From Candidatus Thorarchaeota archaeon (GTDB lineage: Archaea > Asgardarchaeota > Thorarchaeia > Thorarchaeales > Thorarchaeaceae): a stretch of DNA of 64,000 nucleotides. Of this stretch, positions 9,434-19,757 are shown piece by piece. Every line of letters starts with the position of its first letter. The stretch's first letter is position 1. The position numbers and the translations under genes were made by a program. The stretch is taken from the NCBI GenBank assembly GCA_029855935.1, contig JAGSHN010000025.1, positions 96,001 to 160,000 of the forward strand, given 5' to 3'. The notes beneath the pieces were generated by a model. It did not search any database. It was not told the DNA's origin and saw only the letters and a list, made by a program, of their open reading frames with translations.

Positions 9434-9664
9434 CTACACCGCAATGAACGACTCGAAATCTGCAATGCCGGGATGCTTGGCGAGGACATACTGTACGAAG
9501 TCGTGATAGGCCTCGAGGGTAGGCACCTCCACCATCAGTACAACGTCATACTGGCCAGCATAGACCACGTGAACGAACTGTACGCCCTCTACGTCTCTCA
9601 ACGTGTCACACACATTGCCGGCCTGTCCGGCCGCAGTCTTGACGCCGACAAAGACAAGGGGCAC
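9434..9664 (-). CDS. Lrp/AsnC ligand-binding (RAM) domain protein without HTH
   Basis: 76 aa; VEGVQFVHVVYAGQYDVVLMVE pattern. Confidence 0.8.
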   Translation of the reverse strand: MPLVFVGVKTAAGQAGNVCDTLRDVEGVQFVHVVYAGQYDVVLMVEVPTLEAYHDFVQYVLAKHPGIADFESFIAV

Positions 9665-9703
9665 TGCTCAACTACCTCACATGGGAGGCATGTCTTCCCC
9701 CTC

Positions 9704-11554
9704 TTAAGTCTGAGTGCCACAGGCGTCCTCCTTGGGCACCAGTCCCTCTTGGATAAGCCACTCCCGCAGGGCACGCGCGGCCGCGGGTGTCATACCAGGC
9801 GTGTCGGCAAGGTCCTCGACAGAGGCCGTGCAGACAGCGTCCAAGCTGCCGAACTTGCGAAGAAGAGCAGCGCGTCGTTTCGGACCTATACCGGGAGCGT
9901 CCTCCAGAATCGAGCCTGTGAGGACTCGCTGACGGAGAGTGTGATAGTAGCGCTGAGCGAATCGGTGTGCCTCATCACGGACCCTCTGAATCAGTCTCAG
10001 GGCGGGTGATTCTGCCGGGAGGACTATCCCACCAGGCTGGTCCCGCGTGAACAGAATCTCCTCTCTCTTGGCAATGGACACGACAGGAAGGTAGTCTAGT
10101 CCTACGGAGGTAAGTGCCGAGAGAGCAGAGGAGAGCTGACCCTTGCCGCCATCAATCACAATGAGGTCTGGTAACGCCTCTCCAGCCTCAAGTACACTGC
10201 GATATCGTCTCCTGACGACCTCCCTCATCATCGCATAGTCGTCGGGTGTTTCCTTGGACCGAATCCTGAACATCCTGTATGACGTCTTGTCTGGAGCACC
10301 GTTGCGGAATACGACACACGAGCCAGCGGGAGTCGTCCCCTGAATGTTTGCTATGTCAAAGCCCTCTATGTGAAGTGGCGCCCTGTTCAGGCCCAGAACC
10401 TCGCGCAACTGCTTGACCCCCTCGTCCACGACCGGAGCCTTGCTGTCACCGAGAATGAGGATCTTATGAAGAGCCTGTACAGCGTTTGTGTTCGCCATCT
10501 CAATCAGGTCGAGGTCAGGACCAGTGTCAGGAGTCAGAAGGCGCATCCCGTGTGAACGTCCGTCTGAGAAGAGGTTCTCTAGCAGCTCGCGCTCCTCAAT
10601 GTCGATTGGGAGTAGTACCTCCTCAGGAAGCCGTGGTAGAGAGGAATAGTACTGTTTCACGAACGTTGTCAACAGCTCAGAATCGGTCACATCAAGGCCG
10701 ACATCGAACAGAAAGCTGTCCGTGCCTATCAAGCGGCCTCCACGGATAGTGAGGAGCTCTATCAGTGCCGCCTCCTCGGTGCGGGCAATGCCCACAATGT
10801 CCCGGTCGCGTCCCTCGATGTCGAAGACGCGTTGATGCCTAAGCAGTCGGACAATGTCGTCGATCCTGTCACGGAGCACTGCAGCCCTCTCGAACTCCAG
10901 ACGCGATGCAGCCTCCTCCATCTCTCCACGCAGTATCGAGAGAAGCTGTTCCTCTCGCCCCTCCAGAAAGAGAATCATCTCGTCGACCAGCCGGCGGTAC
11001 TCGTCCACACTAATGTGGCCGCGGCAGGGTCCGGCGCAGCGGCCGATGTGGAAGTCGATACACTCCCGTTGCTGAGAGGCCGGGTCACGACACATTGCAA
11101 CAGGGATGTAGCGGCGGAGGGTGTCGAGTGTCTTCTCCAATCGACGAATCGAGCCATATGGACCAAAGAACAGAGCGCCATCCGCGCCCTCAGTCTCGCG
11201 GGTAGCCACAAACGACGGTATGGGCGCCTTCGTGTCCACGCGGACCCAGACGTGACGCCTGTCGTCCTTCAGGGCGATGTTGTACTTGGGCTGATGCCTC
11301 TTGATGAGCGTGGCCTCCAGAATTAGCGCCTCTCGCTCGGTCGACGTGACTATCGTCTCCAGATCACGTGCCTCTGCCATCAGCTCCTGCATCCTTGCGT
11401 CCAGCCCGCGAGTCCGGAGGTACGAGGACACCCTCTTGCGCAGTGACTTGGCCTTCCCGACGTAGAGGACCTTGCCAGTTTCGCTCTTCCAGAGGTAGAC
11501 ACCAGGACGATCAGGAAGGTCCCTTACAAGGCGAGTGATGTCAGAGCCTGTCAC
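9704..11554 (-). CDS. uvrC: Excinuclease ABC subunit C
   Basis: GIY-YIG domain (PGVYL..LYVGKAKSLRKRV), Cys cluster, UVR domain, IEGFDI/DDYAMM/IDGGKGQ, HhH GIGPKRR. Confidence 0.97.
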   Translation of the reverse strand: MTGSDITRLVRDLPDRPGVYLWKSETGKVLYVGKAKSLRKRVSSYLRTRGLDARMQELMAEARDLETIVTSTEREALILEATLIKRHQPKYNIALKDDRRHVWVRVDTKAPIPSFVATRETEGADGALFFGPYGSIRRLEKTLDTLRRYIPVAMCRDPASQQRECIDFHIGRCAGPCRGHISVDEYRRLVDEMILFLEGREEQLLSILRGEMEEAASRLEFERAAVLRDRIDDIVRLLRHQRVFDIEGRDRDIVGIARTEEAALIELLTIRGGRLIGTDSFLFDVGLDVTDSELLTTFVKQYYSSLPRLPEEVLLPIDIEERELLENLFSDGRSHGMRLLTPDTGPDLDLIEMANTNAVQALHKILILGDSKAPVVDEGVKQLREVLGLNRAPLHIEGFDIANIQGTTPAGSCVVFRNGAPDKTSYRMFRIRSKETPDDYAMMREVVRRRYRSVLEAGEALPDLIVIDGGKGQLSSALSALTSVGLDYLPVVSIAKREEILFTRDQPGGIVLPAESPALRLIQRVRDEAHRFAQRYYHTLRQRVLTGSILEDAPGIGPKRRAALLRKFGSLDAVCTASVEDLADTPGMTPAAARALREWLIQEGLVPKEDACGTQT

Positions 11555-14421
11555 GTTGAGATCACCTCCCCCTCTGACCGAGCCCGAGGACTGTTCTCAA
11601 GTGCCTCTCGGAGAAAACGGCCAGTATGTGATCGACTCATTCGGGCAATGTCCTCGGGGGTGCCAATCGCCACGACCTCACCGCCCTCCTCGCCGCCCTC
11701 GGGGCCAAGGTCGATCACCCAGTCAGCAGTCTTGATGACCTCGATGTTGTGCTCGATGACGACCACGGTGTTGCCCCTTTCCACAAGGCGATTCAGGACC
11801 TTGAGCAGGACGTGAACATCCGAGGCCGACAGGCCCGTGGTCGGCTCGTCGAGGATGTAGAGCGTACGACCTTGCCCTCCGCGAGAGAGCTCGGCGGCGA
11901 GCTTCACGCGTTGAGCCTCACCTCCGGAGAGCGTTGTTGCAGGCTGGCCAAGCGTCAGATATCCAAGGCCCACATCAACGAGGGTTTGGAGCCTCCGTGC
12001 CACAGATGGTATGTCGCGGAAGAAGGCCAGTGCCTCGTCGATTGTCATGTCGAGGACCTCGGTGATGTTCTTGCCCTTGTAGGTCACCTCAAGGGTCTCC
12101 CTGTCGAACCGGCGGCCCTTGCACACGTCACAGGTGATGTGAACATCACTCATGAAGTGCATCTCGATGGTGAGAACACCACTGCCCTTGCACTTCTCGC
12201 ATCTCCCCTCACGGGTATTGAAACTGAACCGACCAGGGCCGAAGCCACGGACGCGGGCCTCTGGCGTCGCTGCAAAGAGCCTACGAATGTCATCGAAGAC
12301 CTTAGTATACGTGGCAGGATTCGACCGTGGAGTTCTACCTATGGGCGACTGATCCACCATCACAACGCGGTCTATGCGCTCCCAGCCTTCAATCGAGTCG
12401 TGGGCGCCCGGAATCACCGCCGCACGGTTGACAAGGCGCGCGAGAGCCTTGTAGAGAGTCTCATAGACAAGGGTGCTCTTTCCGCTGCCTGAAACACCCG
12501 TCACACATACAAGGAGACCGATCGGTATCTCCACAGTGATGTTCTTGAGATTGAACTGTCTTGCACCGCGCAGGACTATCTTCTCGCCATTGCCGCTCCT
12601 GCGCACGGTGGGAATGGGGATTCGACGCTCCCCTGCCAGATACTGGGCAGTGAGCGAACGTGGATGGGAGAGCACCTCCGATGGCGGCCCCTGAGCCACA
12701 ATCTCGCCACCGTGGATCCCCGCGCCAGGCCCGAGGTCGATGATATGGTCGGCCGCCATCACGGTGTCCCTGTCATGCTCTATGACAATCACCGTGTTGC
12801 CCAGCTCACGTAGTCGATAGAATGTTTCAATGAGGCGCCGGATGTCACGCGGATGAAGACCGACAGAGGGCTCATCGAGGCAATACAGGACCCCGGTCAG
12901 TGCAGAGCCAATCTGCGTGGCCAGACGTATTCTCTGGCTCTCGCCACCTGAGAGTGTCATCGACCTCCTGTCGAGAGTCAGATATCCGAGGCCAACGGAC
13001 TCGATGAATCTCAGTCGAGCGAGTATCTCCTTCAGAACGAGATGCGCTATCTTTCTCTCCCGGTCAGTGAGCTTGAGGCTCTCGAAGTGACGGAGCGCCT
13101 CTCGGATGGTCATCGAGGAGACCTCATCAATCGACTTGCCGCCCACGGTCACAGCCAGGCTCTCAAGACGAAGCTTTCGGCCACCGCAGGTGGGGCACGT
13201 CGTCGCGCTGGCGAACTTGCTCACTATCTTCTCGCGGTACCATTCAGCACTCGTGTCGCGCATATGACGACGGAGCCTTGGGACCATCCCCTCCCAAGTC
13301 CGCGTAACACGAACGGTCTCCCTACCACCTCTTCGTCCCACTGACTCGTACTCGAAGCTCACAGTGTAGCGGGGTCGGCCCCAGAGAATGACGTCCTTCG
13401 CCCTCTGAGGTAGGTCACGCCACGGCACATCCAGCGAGAAGCCAGCCTCTCTGCTCAGCGCCTCAAGGAAGCGCATAGGCCACGACTTGGGATTGCTGCT
13501 CCACGGTCGGAGAGCCCCCTCCCGGAGCGTCAGCGACTCGTCGGGAACTATCAGACGCGGGTCAATGTCGAACCTGACGCCCAAGCCATTGCAGTCCGGA
13601 CACGCGCCCTGTGGAGTGTTGTATGAGAACGCCTTGGGACCAAGATGTTCGTACTGAGCCCCACATCTAGGACAGATCATCTCCTCGCCGAAGACGAGGT
13701 CATCGTGTCCAGGCCGCACGACTATCGCGCGTCCGTTACCAGTCTCGAGCGCAGTCTCAAGAGATGATATGAGCCGCTCCCAGTTCCTCTCGCTGATCTC
13801 CAGACGGTCGACGACCACATCGATGTCATGGCGTCGCCGACCATCAAGTCGGATGCTCTCGATTGGAGTGACCTCTCCATCGACCCTGACACGGACGAAA
13901 CCATTCTCCAGCAGCCCCTGCAGCACCTCCGAGTGCGTACCCCTCTCGCCCCTGACAACGGGCGCAAGGACAAGGGCCCTCTCGCCGCCATTCTCCTTGA
14001 TCAGGAGCCGTGCTGCCGACTCAGGAGTGAGCTGCTGCATCTCCGTCCCGCACTTGACACAGTGAGGGATACCTATCGTGGCATAGAGGAGGCGAAGATA
14101 GTCGTGAATCTCAGTGCTGGTGGCGACTGTACTTCGAGGATTCTTGCTCCGTCCCTTCTGCTCGATGGATATCGCCGGTGGTATGCCCGTTATCTTCTCG
14201 ACACGAGGACGCTCCAGTCGGCCGAGAAAACGTCGGGCGTATGATGAGAGCGACTCGACGTACCTCCGTTGTCCCTCCGCGAAGATCGTGTCAAAGACAA
14301 GGGTGGACTTGCCCGAGCCAGAGGGACCCGTCACAACAACGAGTCTGTTGCGTGGAATGTCAAGCGTAACGGACTTGAGGTTGTGTTCTGATGCTCCCTC
14401 AATATGAATGACTCCGGTCAC
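11551..14421 (-). CDS. uvrA: Excinuclease ABC subunit A (downstream paralog)
   Basis: Two ABC modules ([16 protein letters not shown]; [16 protein letters not shown]), Zn fingers, [15 protein letters not shown]. Confidence 0.96.
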   Translation of the reverse strand: MTGVIHIEGASEHNLKSVTLDIPRNRLVVVTGPSGSGKSTLVFDTIFAEGQRRYVESLSSYARRFLGRLERPRVEKITGIPPAISIEQKGRSKNPRSTVATSTEIHDYLRLLYATIGIPHCVKCGTEMQQLTPESAARLLIKENGGERALVLAPVVRGERGTHSEVLQGLLENGFVRVRVDGEVTPIESIRLDGRRRHDIDVVVDRLEISERNWERLISSLETALETGNGRAIVVRPGHDDLVFGEEMICPRCGAQYEHLGPKAFSYNTPQGACPDCNGLGVRFDIDPRLIVPDESLTLREGALRPWSSNPKSWPMRFLEALSREAGFSLDVPWRDLPQRAKDVILWGRPRYTVSFEYESVGRRGGRETVRVTRTWEGMVPRLRRHMRDTSAEWYREKIVSKFASATTCPTCGGRKLRLESLAVTVGGKSIDEVSSMTIREALRHFESLKLTDRERKIAHLVLKEILARLRFIESVGLGYLTLDRRSMTLSGGESQRIRLATQIGSALTGVLYCLDEPSVGLHPRDIRRLIETFYRLRELGNTVIVIEHDRDTVMAADHIIDLGPGAGIHGGEIVAQGPPSEVLSHPRSLTAQYLAGERRIPIPTVRRSGNGEKIVLRGARQFNLKNITVEIPIGLLVCVTGVSGSGKSTLVYETLYKALARLVNRAAVIPGAHDSIEGWERIDRVVMVDQSPIGRTPRSNPATYTKVFDDIRRLFAATPEARVRGFGPGRFSFNTREGRCEKCKGSGVLTIEMHFMSDVHITCDVCKGRRFDRETLEVTYKGKNITEVLDMTIDEALAFFRDIPSVARRLQTLVDVGLGYLTLGQPATTLSGGEAQRVKLAAELSRGGQGRTLYILDEPTTGLSASDVHVLLKVLNRLVERGNTVVVIEHNIEVIKTADWVIDLGPEGGEEGGEVVAIGTPEDIARMSRSHTGRFLREALENSPRARSEGEVIST

Positions 14422-17390
14422 TCCTCCATCCCCCCTCTCTGACCGTCAATCTCCAAGACTCGCCTGAGAAACTGCCCCGTGTATGAGGCCGGGTTGTTCG
14501 CCACCTCCTCGGGAGTCCCCTCTGTAACGAGATACCCGCCCTCGTCACCGCCCTCTGGGCCCAGGTCGATTATCCAGTCGGCTGTCTTGATGACATCGAG
14601 ATTGTGCTCGATGACAAGGACCGTGTTTCCAAGGTCGACCAGACGATGGAGGACCTCGAGCAGTTTCTTCACGTCGGCGAAGTGAAGACCCGTTGTGGGC
14701 TCGTCGAGCAGAATTAGAGTCTGACCAGTGACAGGACGTGACAGGAATTTGCTGAGCTTGATTCTCTGTGCCTCGCCGCCGGACAGTGTCGTTGCCGGCT
14801 GGCCGAGCTTGACATAGCCCATTCCGACATCGACAAGTGTCTGAAGCCGCCGTCGAATTGGAGGGATGTCCTTGAAGAACTCGAGGGCCTCATCAATGCG
14901 CATCTCAAGGACGTCGGCGATGTTCTTTCCCTTATACCGCACTTGGAGCGTCTCACGATTATACCTCCGTCCCTTGCACTCCCCACAGGTCACCTGTACG
15001 GGTGGGAGAAACTGCATCTCTACAATCTCGACACCAGCACCCCGGCACTTCTCGCAGCGCCCGCCGCGCACATTGAAGCTGAATCGTCCCGGCTTGTAGC
15101 CTCTGATCTGCGCCTCCGGAAGGCTGGCGAAGAGCTGTCGGAGGGGTGTCCACAGGCCCACGTAGGTGGCTGGATTGGAACGAGGGGTGCGGCCGATGGG
15201 ACTCTGATCGATGACGATCACCTTGTCAAGCTGTTCCACGCCTATGATCTCATCGTGATCTCCTGGCGGGGACTCCGCACCGTGAAACCGCCTCGCCAGG
15301 GCCCTCTGCAGCGTCTCCACTATCAGACTGGACTTTCCGCTCCCTGAGACACCAGTGACACAGACGAAGAGGCCGAGTGGGATACGCACGTCGATGTTCT
15401 TGAGATTGTGATGTCGCGCACCTCGAATCTCTATGAAACGACCGTTCGGCTGCCGTCGTCTTCGTGGCACAGGAATCCGTTCCTCGCCCCGCAGGTAGCG
15501 GGCGGTGATGGAGTCGGGGCACTTCAGCACCTCGTCCAAGGTACCGGCAACCACCACCTTACCACCTTCTGCTCCCGCACCCGGCCCGAGGTCGACGACA
15601 TAGTCCGCTGAGCGGATTGTCGCCTCGTCGTGTTCCACGACAATGACTGTGTTGCCCAGATCGCGAAGACGCTTGAGAGCATTCAGCAGTCGCTGGTTAT
15701 CTCTTGCGTGCAGTCCAATGGAGGGCTCATCGCAGACATAGGTCACACCGACAAGGTTCGAGCCAATCTGGCTCGCCAGCCTGATCCTCTGAGCCTCACC
15801 CCCTGCGAGTGTGGGGGCAGACCTGTCCAAGGTGAGATAGTCGAGACCGACTGCACGGAGGAATTCGATGCGTCCCATTATCTCCCGAAGAATTGGCTCG
15901 GCCACTGGCTCCAGCCCGGCAGGTATCGTCGCAGAGCTGAGAAACTCATGGAGCTCGCGGACTGACATCCGGTTCAGCTCCACTATGGACTTGCCATTGA
16001 ACAGTACGGCCCGGGACTCTGGTCGAAGACGCGTACCGCCACACTCCGGACACGGATGCATCACCATGAAGCGCTCCAGCTTCCGCTTGACATACTCGGA
16101 GTCCGTCCGACGATAGTTGCGTCGCATCTTCGGGATGACGCCCTCCCATCGTCGTCGGGTGGTGCCCTCGACCACCATTGTGGCGGCACTGTTTCCCCAC
16201 CTCCAGTCAAGCTCGAACTCGTCGTCCGAACCGTACAGTACCACGCGCCGCTGTTCCTCTGTCAGATCACGCCAAGGTGTATGAAGAGAGAAACCGTGTC
16301 TCTCAGCCACCTTTCTGAGCAGAGGACTCCGACGGAGCCACCTGTACACCCCTATGGCGCCCTCGGAGATTGAGAGATTCGGGTTCACTACCACAAGCTC
16401 CGGATCAAAGTCAGGAATCGTCCCCAGTCCCGTGCATGTAGGGCAGGCACCGTGAGGTGTGTTCCACGAGAACAGCCTTGGCTCCAACTCTGGAAGACTG
16501 ATTCCACAGGTCGCACAGGCAAACTTCTCCGACAGTATCTGTTCTCCTCGCTCTGAGATTATCACGACAACACCGTCAGCCATCTTGAGGCTGGTCTCCA
16601 CAGCCTCGGACAGACGAGAACGATTGTTGGATGAGACACGGACCCTATCAACGACGACCTCAATTGTGTGCTCGTAGTATCGGTCGAGTGACATCCCCGG
16701 CTCAATCTCTCTCATCTCACCGTCGACGCGGACCCGGCTGAACCCCTTCCTCAGCAGCTCCTCGAACTCCCGTCGATACTCACCCTTCCTCCCGCGGACA
16801 ATCGGAGCAAGTATGCTAATGCGCTGACCATCCAGCGTCCTCAGAATGTGATCCACAATCTGCTGAGCAGTCTGGGGATGTATCTCCCTCCCGCACTTGG
16901 GGCAGTGAGGTGTTCCCACACGAGCATAGAGCAGCCTCAGAAAGTCGTAGATCTCGGTGATAGTGCCTACAGTACTGCGAGGATTGCGCCCTGCGCTCTT
17001 CTGGTCAATTGATATCGAGGGCGACAGGCCTGATATGTATTCGACTCGTGGCTTCTCCAACATACCCAAGAACTGTCTGGCATACGCTGAGAGCGACTCG
17101 AGGAACCTTCGCTGTCCCTCTGCATAGATTGTGTCGAAGACGAGGCTCGACTTGCCCGATCCTGACACCCCAGTCACGACGGTGAGCTTGTTGCGAGGTA
17201 TATCGATATCTATCTGTTTCAGCTTGTGTTCGTAGGCGCCAACCACCGAGATGACGCGTGGGCCTTCCTCGGTCTTGTCGCGGCCCGGCTCTGTCACAAT
17301 GTCCGAAACAGGCTCCGTCAAATCAGTACTTCCTCGAGTTTCGCCCATCAACCTCACCGGGAGTGTCCTGTTGCCTCTGGTCGAGCCCAT
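14418..17390 (-). CDS. uvrA: Excinuclease ABC subunit A (upstream paralog; the true start may be TTG 17321 or GTG 17297)
   Basis: GVSGSGKSS twice, LAGGE/LSGGE, DTIYAEGQRR, Zn fingers, DEPTTGLHF. Confidence 0.96.
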   Translation of the reverse strand: MGSTRGNRTLPVRLMGETRGSTDLTEPVSDIVTEPGRDKTEEGPRVISVVGAYEHKLKQIDIDIPRNKLTVVTGVSGSGKSSLVFDTIYAEGQRRFLESLSAYARQFLGMLEKPRVEYISGLSPSISIDQKSAGRNPRSTVGTITEIYDFLRLLYARVGTPHCPKCGREIHPQTAQQIVDHILRTLDGQRISILAPIVRGRKGEYRREFEELLRKGFSRVRVDGEMREIEPGMSLDRYYEHTIEVVVDRVRVSSNNRSRLSEAVETSLKMADGVVVIISERGEQILSEKFACATCGISLPELEPRLFSWNTPHGACPTCTGLGTIPDFDPELVVVNPNLSISEGAIGVYRWLRRSPLLRKVAERHGFSLHTPWRDLTEEQRRVVLYGSDDEFELDWRWGNSAATMVVEGTTRRRWEGVIPKMRRNYRRTDSEYVKRKLERFMVMHPCPECGGTRLRPESRAVLFNGKSIVELNRMSVRELHEFLSSATIPAGLEPVAEPILREIMGRIEFLRAVGLDYLTLDRSAPTLAGGEAQRIRLASQIGSNLVGVTYVCDEPSIGLHARDNQRLLNALKRLRDLGNTVIVVEHDEATIRSADYVVDLGPGAGAEGGKVVVAGTLDEVLKCPDSITARYLRGEERIPVPRRRRQPNGRFIEIRGARHHNLKNIDVRIPLGLFVCVTGVSGSGKSSLIVETLQRALARRFHGAESPPGDHDEIIGVEQLDKVIVIDQSPIGRTPRSNPATYVGLWTPLRQLFASLPEAQIRGYKPGRFSFNVRGGRCEKCRGAGVEIVEMQFLPPVQVTCGECKGRRYNRETLQVRYKGKNIADVLEMRIDEALEFFKDIPPIRRRLQTLVDVGMGYVKLGQPATTLSGGEAQRIKLSKFLSRPVTGQTLILLDEPTTGLHFADVKKLLEVLHRLVDLGNTVLVIEHNLDVIKTADWIIDLGPEGGDEGGYLVTEGTPEEVANNPASYTGQFLRRVLEIDGQRGGMEE

Positions 17391-17523
17391 CCCGGTGAAT
17401 CTTGTCTGACTCCTTCGGTGCAGAACGGAGCTGCCTCCATCAGGTTATGAAGTCTTCGCAATGAGCAGACGGAACCACCTGAGATTCTACGGAGATAGTT
17501 CACCGAAACGTGCAGAATGACTC

Positions 17524-19506
17524 TCAGGAGGGCTGTGGCATTCTCTTGCGGAGCTCTGCTATCCGGTCCCTGAGTTCTGCAGCACGCTCGAACTCTAGGC
17601 GCTGAGCCGCCTCCTTCATCTCTGCCTCAAGGTCGACAATCAGTCCCTCAAGGTCGGCAAGCTCATCAAGGTCTGCAGCCTCGGTACGGGTCCCCTTCTT
17701 ACCGCGGCGTGCAATCCCCTGAGCAATGTCTCGAATAGACTTCGAGATGGACTGTGGTGTTATCCCGTGGCGCTTGTTGAACTCAATCTGGTACTTGCGT
17801 CGCCGGTTCACCTCGTCAATGGCGGATCTCATCGCCTCAGAGATGTGGTCAGCGTACAATATCACGCGACCGTTGACGTTGCGCGCCGCGCGGCCCATCG
17901 TCTGAATCAGTGCCCAGTCTGTCCTCAGAAAGCCCTCCTTGTCAGCATCAAGGATTGCCACAAGGCCAACCTCGGGGATGTCAAGACCCTCTCGGAGGAG
18001 ATTGATCCCCACAAGGACATCGAACTTGCCCTGGCGGAGCTCTCTCACAATCTCGATGCGCTCCACAGTGCCGATGTCCGAGTGGAGGTATCTCGCAAGG
18101 ACACCGTTCTCAAGCAGATAGTCTGCGAGCATCTCGGCCGATTTCTTGGTGAGCGTTGTGACAAGCACCCGGTCGCCGCGCTCCTTCGCCCGCCGTATCT
18201 CACCGAGAAGATGGTCGATCTGTCCCTCGGTGGGATGAACAAACACCTCGGGGTCCACGATTCCAGTAGGACGGACGAGCTGCTCCACAGTCTGTGCGCT
18301 CACCCGCCGCTCGTACGGACCCGGTGTTGCACTTGTGAATATCACGTGACGCATATACTCCTCGAACTCGTCAAACGTGAGGGGCCGATTGTCAAATGCG
18401 GAGGGGAGCCTGAAACCAAAGTCGATCAGGTTCTGCTTTCGCGAACGGTCGCCGTGGTGCATACCGCGTATCTGGGGAATGGTCATATGACTCTCATCGA
18501 TTATCATCAGAAAGTCCTCGGGGAAGTAGTCAAGCAATGTGTATGGCCTCTCCCCGGGCCTTCTGCCATCAAAGTAGCGCGAATAGTTCTCAATGCCGGT
18601 GCAGTGGCCTGTCTCACGGAGCATCTCAAGATCGTAGAGCGTCCGTCTCCTGAGACGGTCGGCCTCCAAGAGCTTCCCCTGACTCCGAAACCACTCGACG
18701 CGCTCCTCCATCTCCTGACGAATCTCGTCAAGGACGCCTAGAACCCTCTCGTGACGCGTCACGTGGTGCTTTGCCGGATGGATGACCACCCAGCTGTCGT
18801 CGCGAATCCGATGTGACGCAACGGCATCAATGAGAGAGATGCGGTCGACCCTGTCCTCATCAAGCTCTATTCTGACCTTGTTGCGCGAATACGCAGGATG
18901 AACCTCTATCACATCACCACGAACGCGGAATAGCCCAGGGCCTACCTCTATGTCATTTCGCTCGTACTGCATCGCAACAAGTCGTTCCAGAATCTCACGC
19001 CGCCGTATGGTCTGGCCGACCTCAAGATAGAGGGACATCTCCTCGTAGTCCGCGGGATTGCCGACACTGTATATGCACGAGACCGAGGCCACCACAATGA
19101 CATCGTCACGTGTGCGTAACGAACGCGTAGTGGAGTGGCGAAGACGCTCAATCTCCGTGTTGATGTCAGTCTCCTTCTCTATGTACATGTCCTTGGAGGG
19201 GACATACGCCTCCGGCTGATAGTAGTCATAGTAGGACACATAGTACTCAACGGCGTTCTCCGGAAAGAACTGACGATACTCTGAGGCAAGCTGGGCTGCG
19301 AGAGTCTTGTTGTGAGAGATCACCAGTGTGGGTCGACCGTAGTGGGCTATCACATTGGCCATTGTGAAGGTCTTCCCAGAACCAGTCACGCCGAGCAATG
19401 TCTGAAACCTGAGTCCTGAGTCTAGTCCCTCACACAGCTGGGCTATGGCCTGCGGTTGATCGCCTGTCGGTTCAAATGGTGCCTCAAGTCGGAACTGTGC
19501 CAACAC
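17524..19506 (-). CDS. uvrB: Excinuclease ABC subunit B
   Basis: PTGDQP, GVTGSGKT, YYDYYQPEAY, DESH, C-terminal UVR domain. Confidence 0.98.
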   Translation of the reverse strand: MLAQFRLEAPFEPTGDQPQAIAQLCEGLDSGLRFQTLLGVTGSGKTFTMANVIAHYGRPTLVISHNKTLAAQLASEYRQFFPENAVEYYVSYYDYYQPEAYVPSKDMYIEKETDINTEIERLRHSTTRSLRTRDDVIVVASVSCIYSVGNPADYEEMSLYLEVGQTIRRREILERLVAMQYERNDIEVGPGLFRVRGDVIEVHPAYSRNKVRIELDEDRVDRISLIDAVASHRIRDDSWVVIHPAKHHVTRHERVLGVLDEIRQEMEERVEWFRSQGKLLEADRLRRRTLYDLEMLRETGHCTGIENYSRYFDGRRPGERPYTLLDYFPEDFLMIIDESHMTIPQIRGMHHGDRSRKQNLIDFGFRLPSAFDNRPLTFDEFEEYMRHVIFTSATPGPYERRVSAQTVEQLVRPTGIVDPEVFVHPTEGQIDHLLGEIRRAKERGDRVLVTTLTKKSAEMLADYLLENGVLARYLHSDIGTVERIEIVRELRQGKFDVLVGINLLREGLDIPEVGLVAILDADKEGFLRTDWALIQTMGRAARNVNGRVILYADHISEAMRSAIDEVNRRRKYQIEFNKRHGITPQSISKSIRDIAQGIARRGKKGTRTEAADLDELADLEGLIVDLEAEMKEAAQRLEFERAAELRDRIAELRKRMPQPS

Positions 19507-19757
19507 TACGAGCCTCTGGCACAGGTCTTGTTGGGAGAGCTCCTAACCTTTTCGATGGCCGCATAGACAGCGGCACACAGAGAGATTTCCTCCATTGGAA
19601 GATACCAATCGACGGGCACGGCAGATATGCCTGATCGACGAAACTCACACTGAGAAGACCATAGTGACTCGAACGATTTTCGGAGATTATGGCTCGCCGA
19701 TTTTTATCTTGCCGAGAGAACAACAGCATCATCCTGTCTAACAGGAGAGGTGTCGTG

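Noticed and set aside
17767-18741. Long antisense ORFs (also 21518-22489, 23020-23931, 33679-34527, 42591-43427, 61875-63434)
   Set aside because: Shadows of well-supported genes on the opposite strand in GC-rich DNA
19631-19645. ctgatcgacgaaac resembles a hammerhead core
   Set aside because: Spacing is not CUGANGA and there is no stem II
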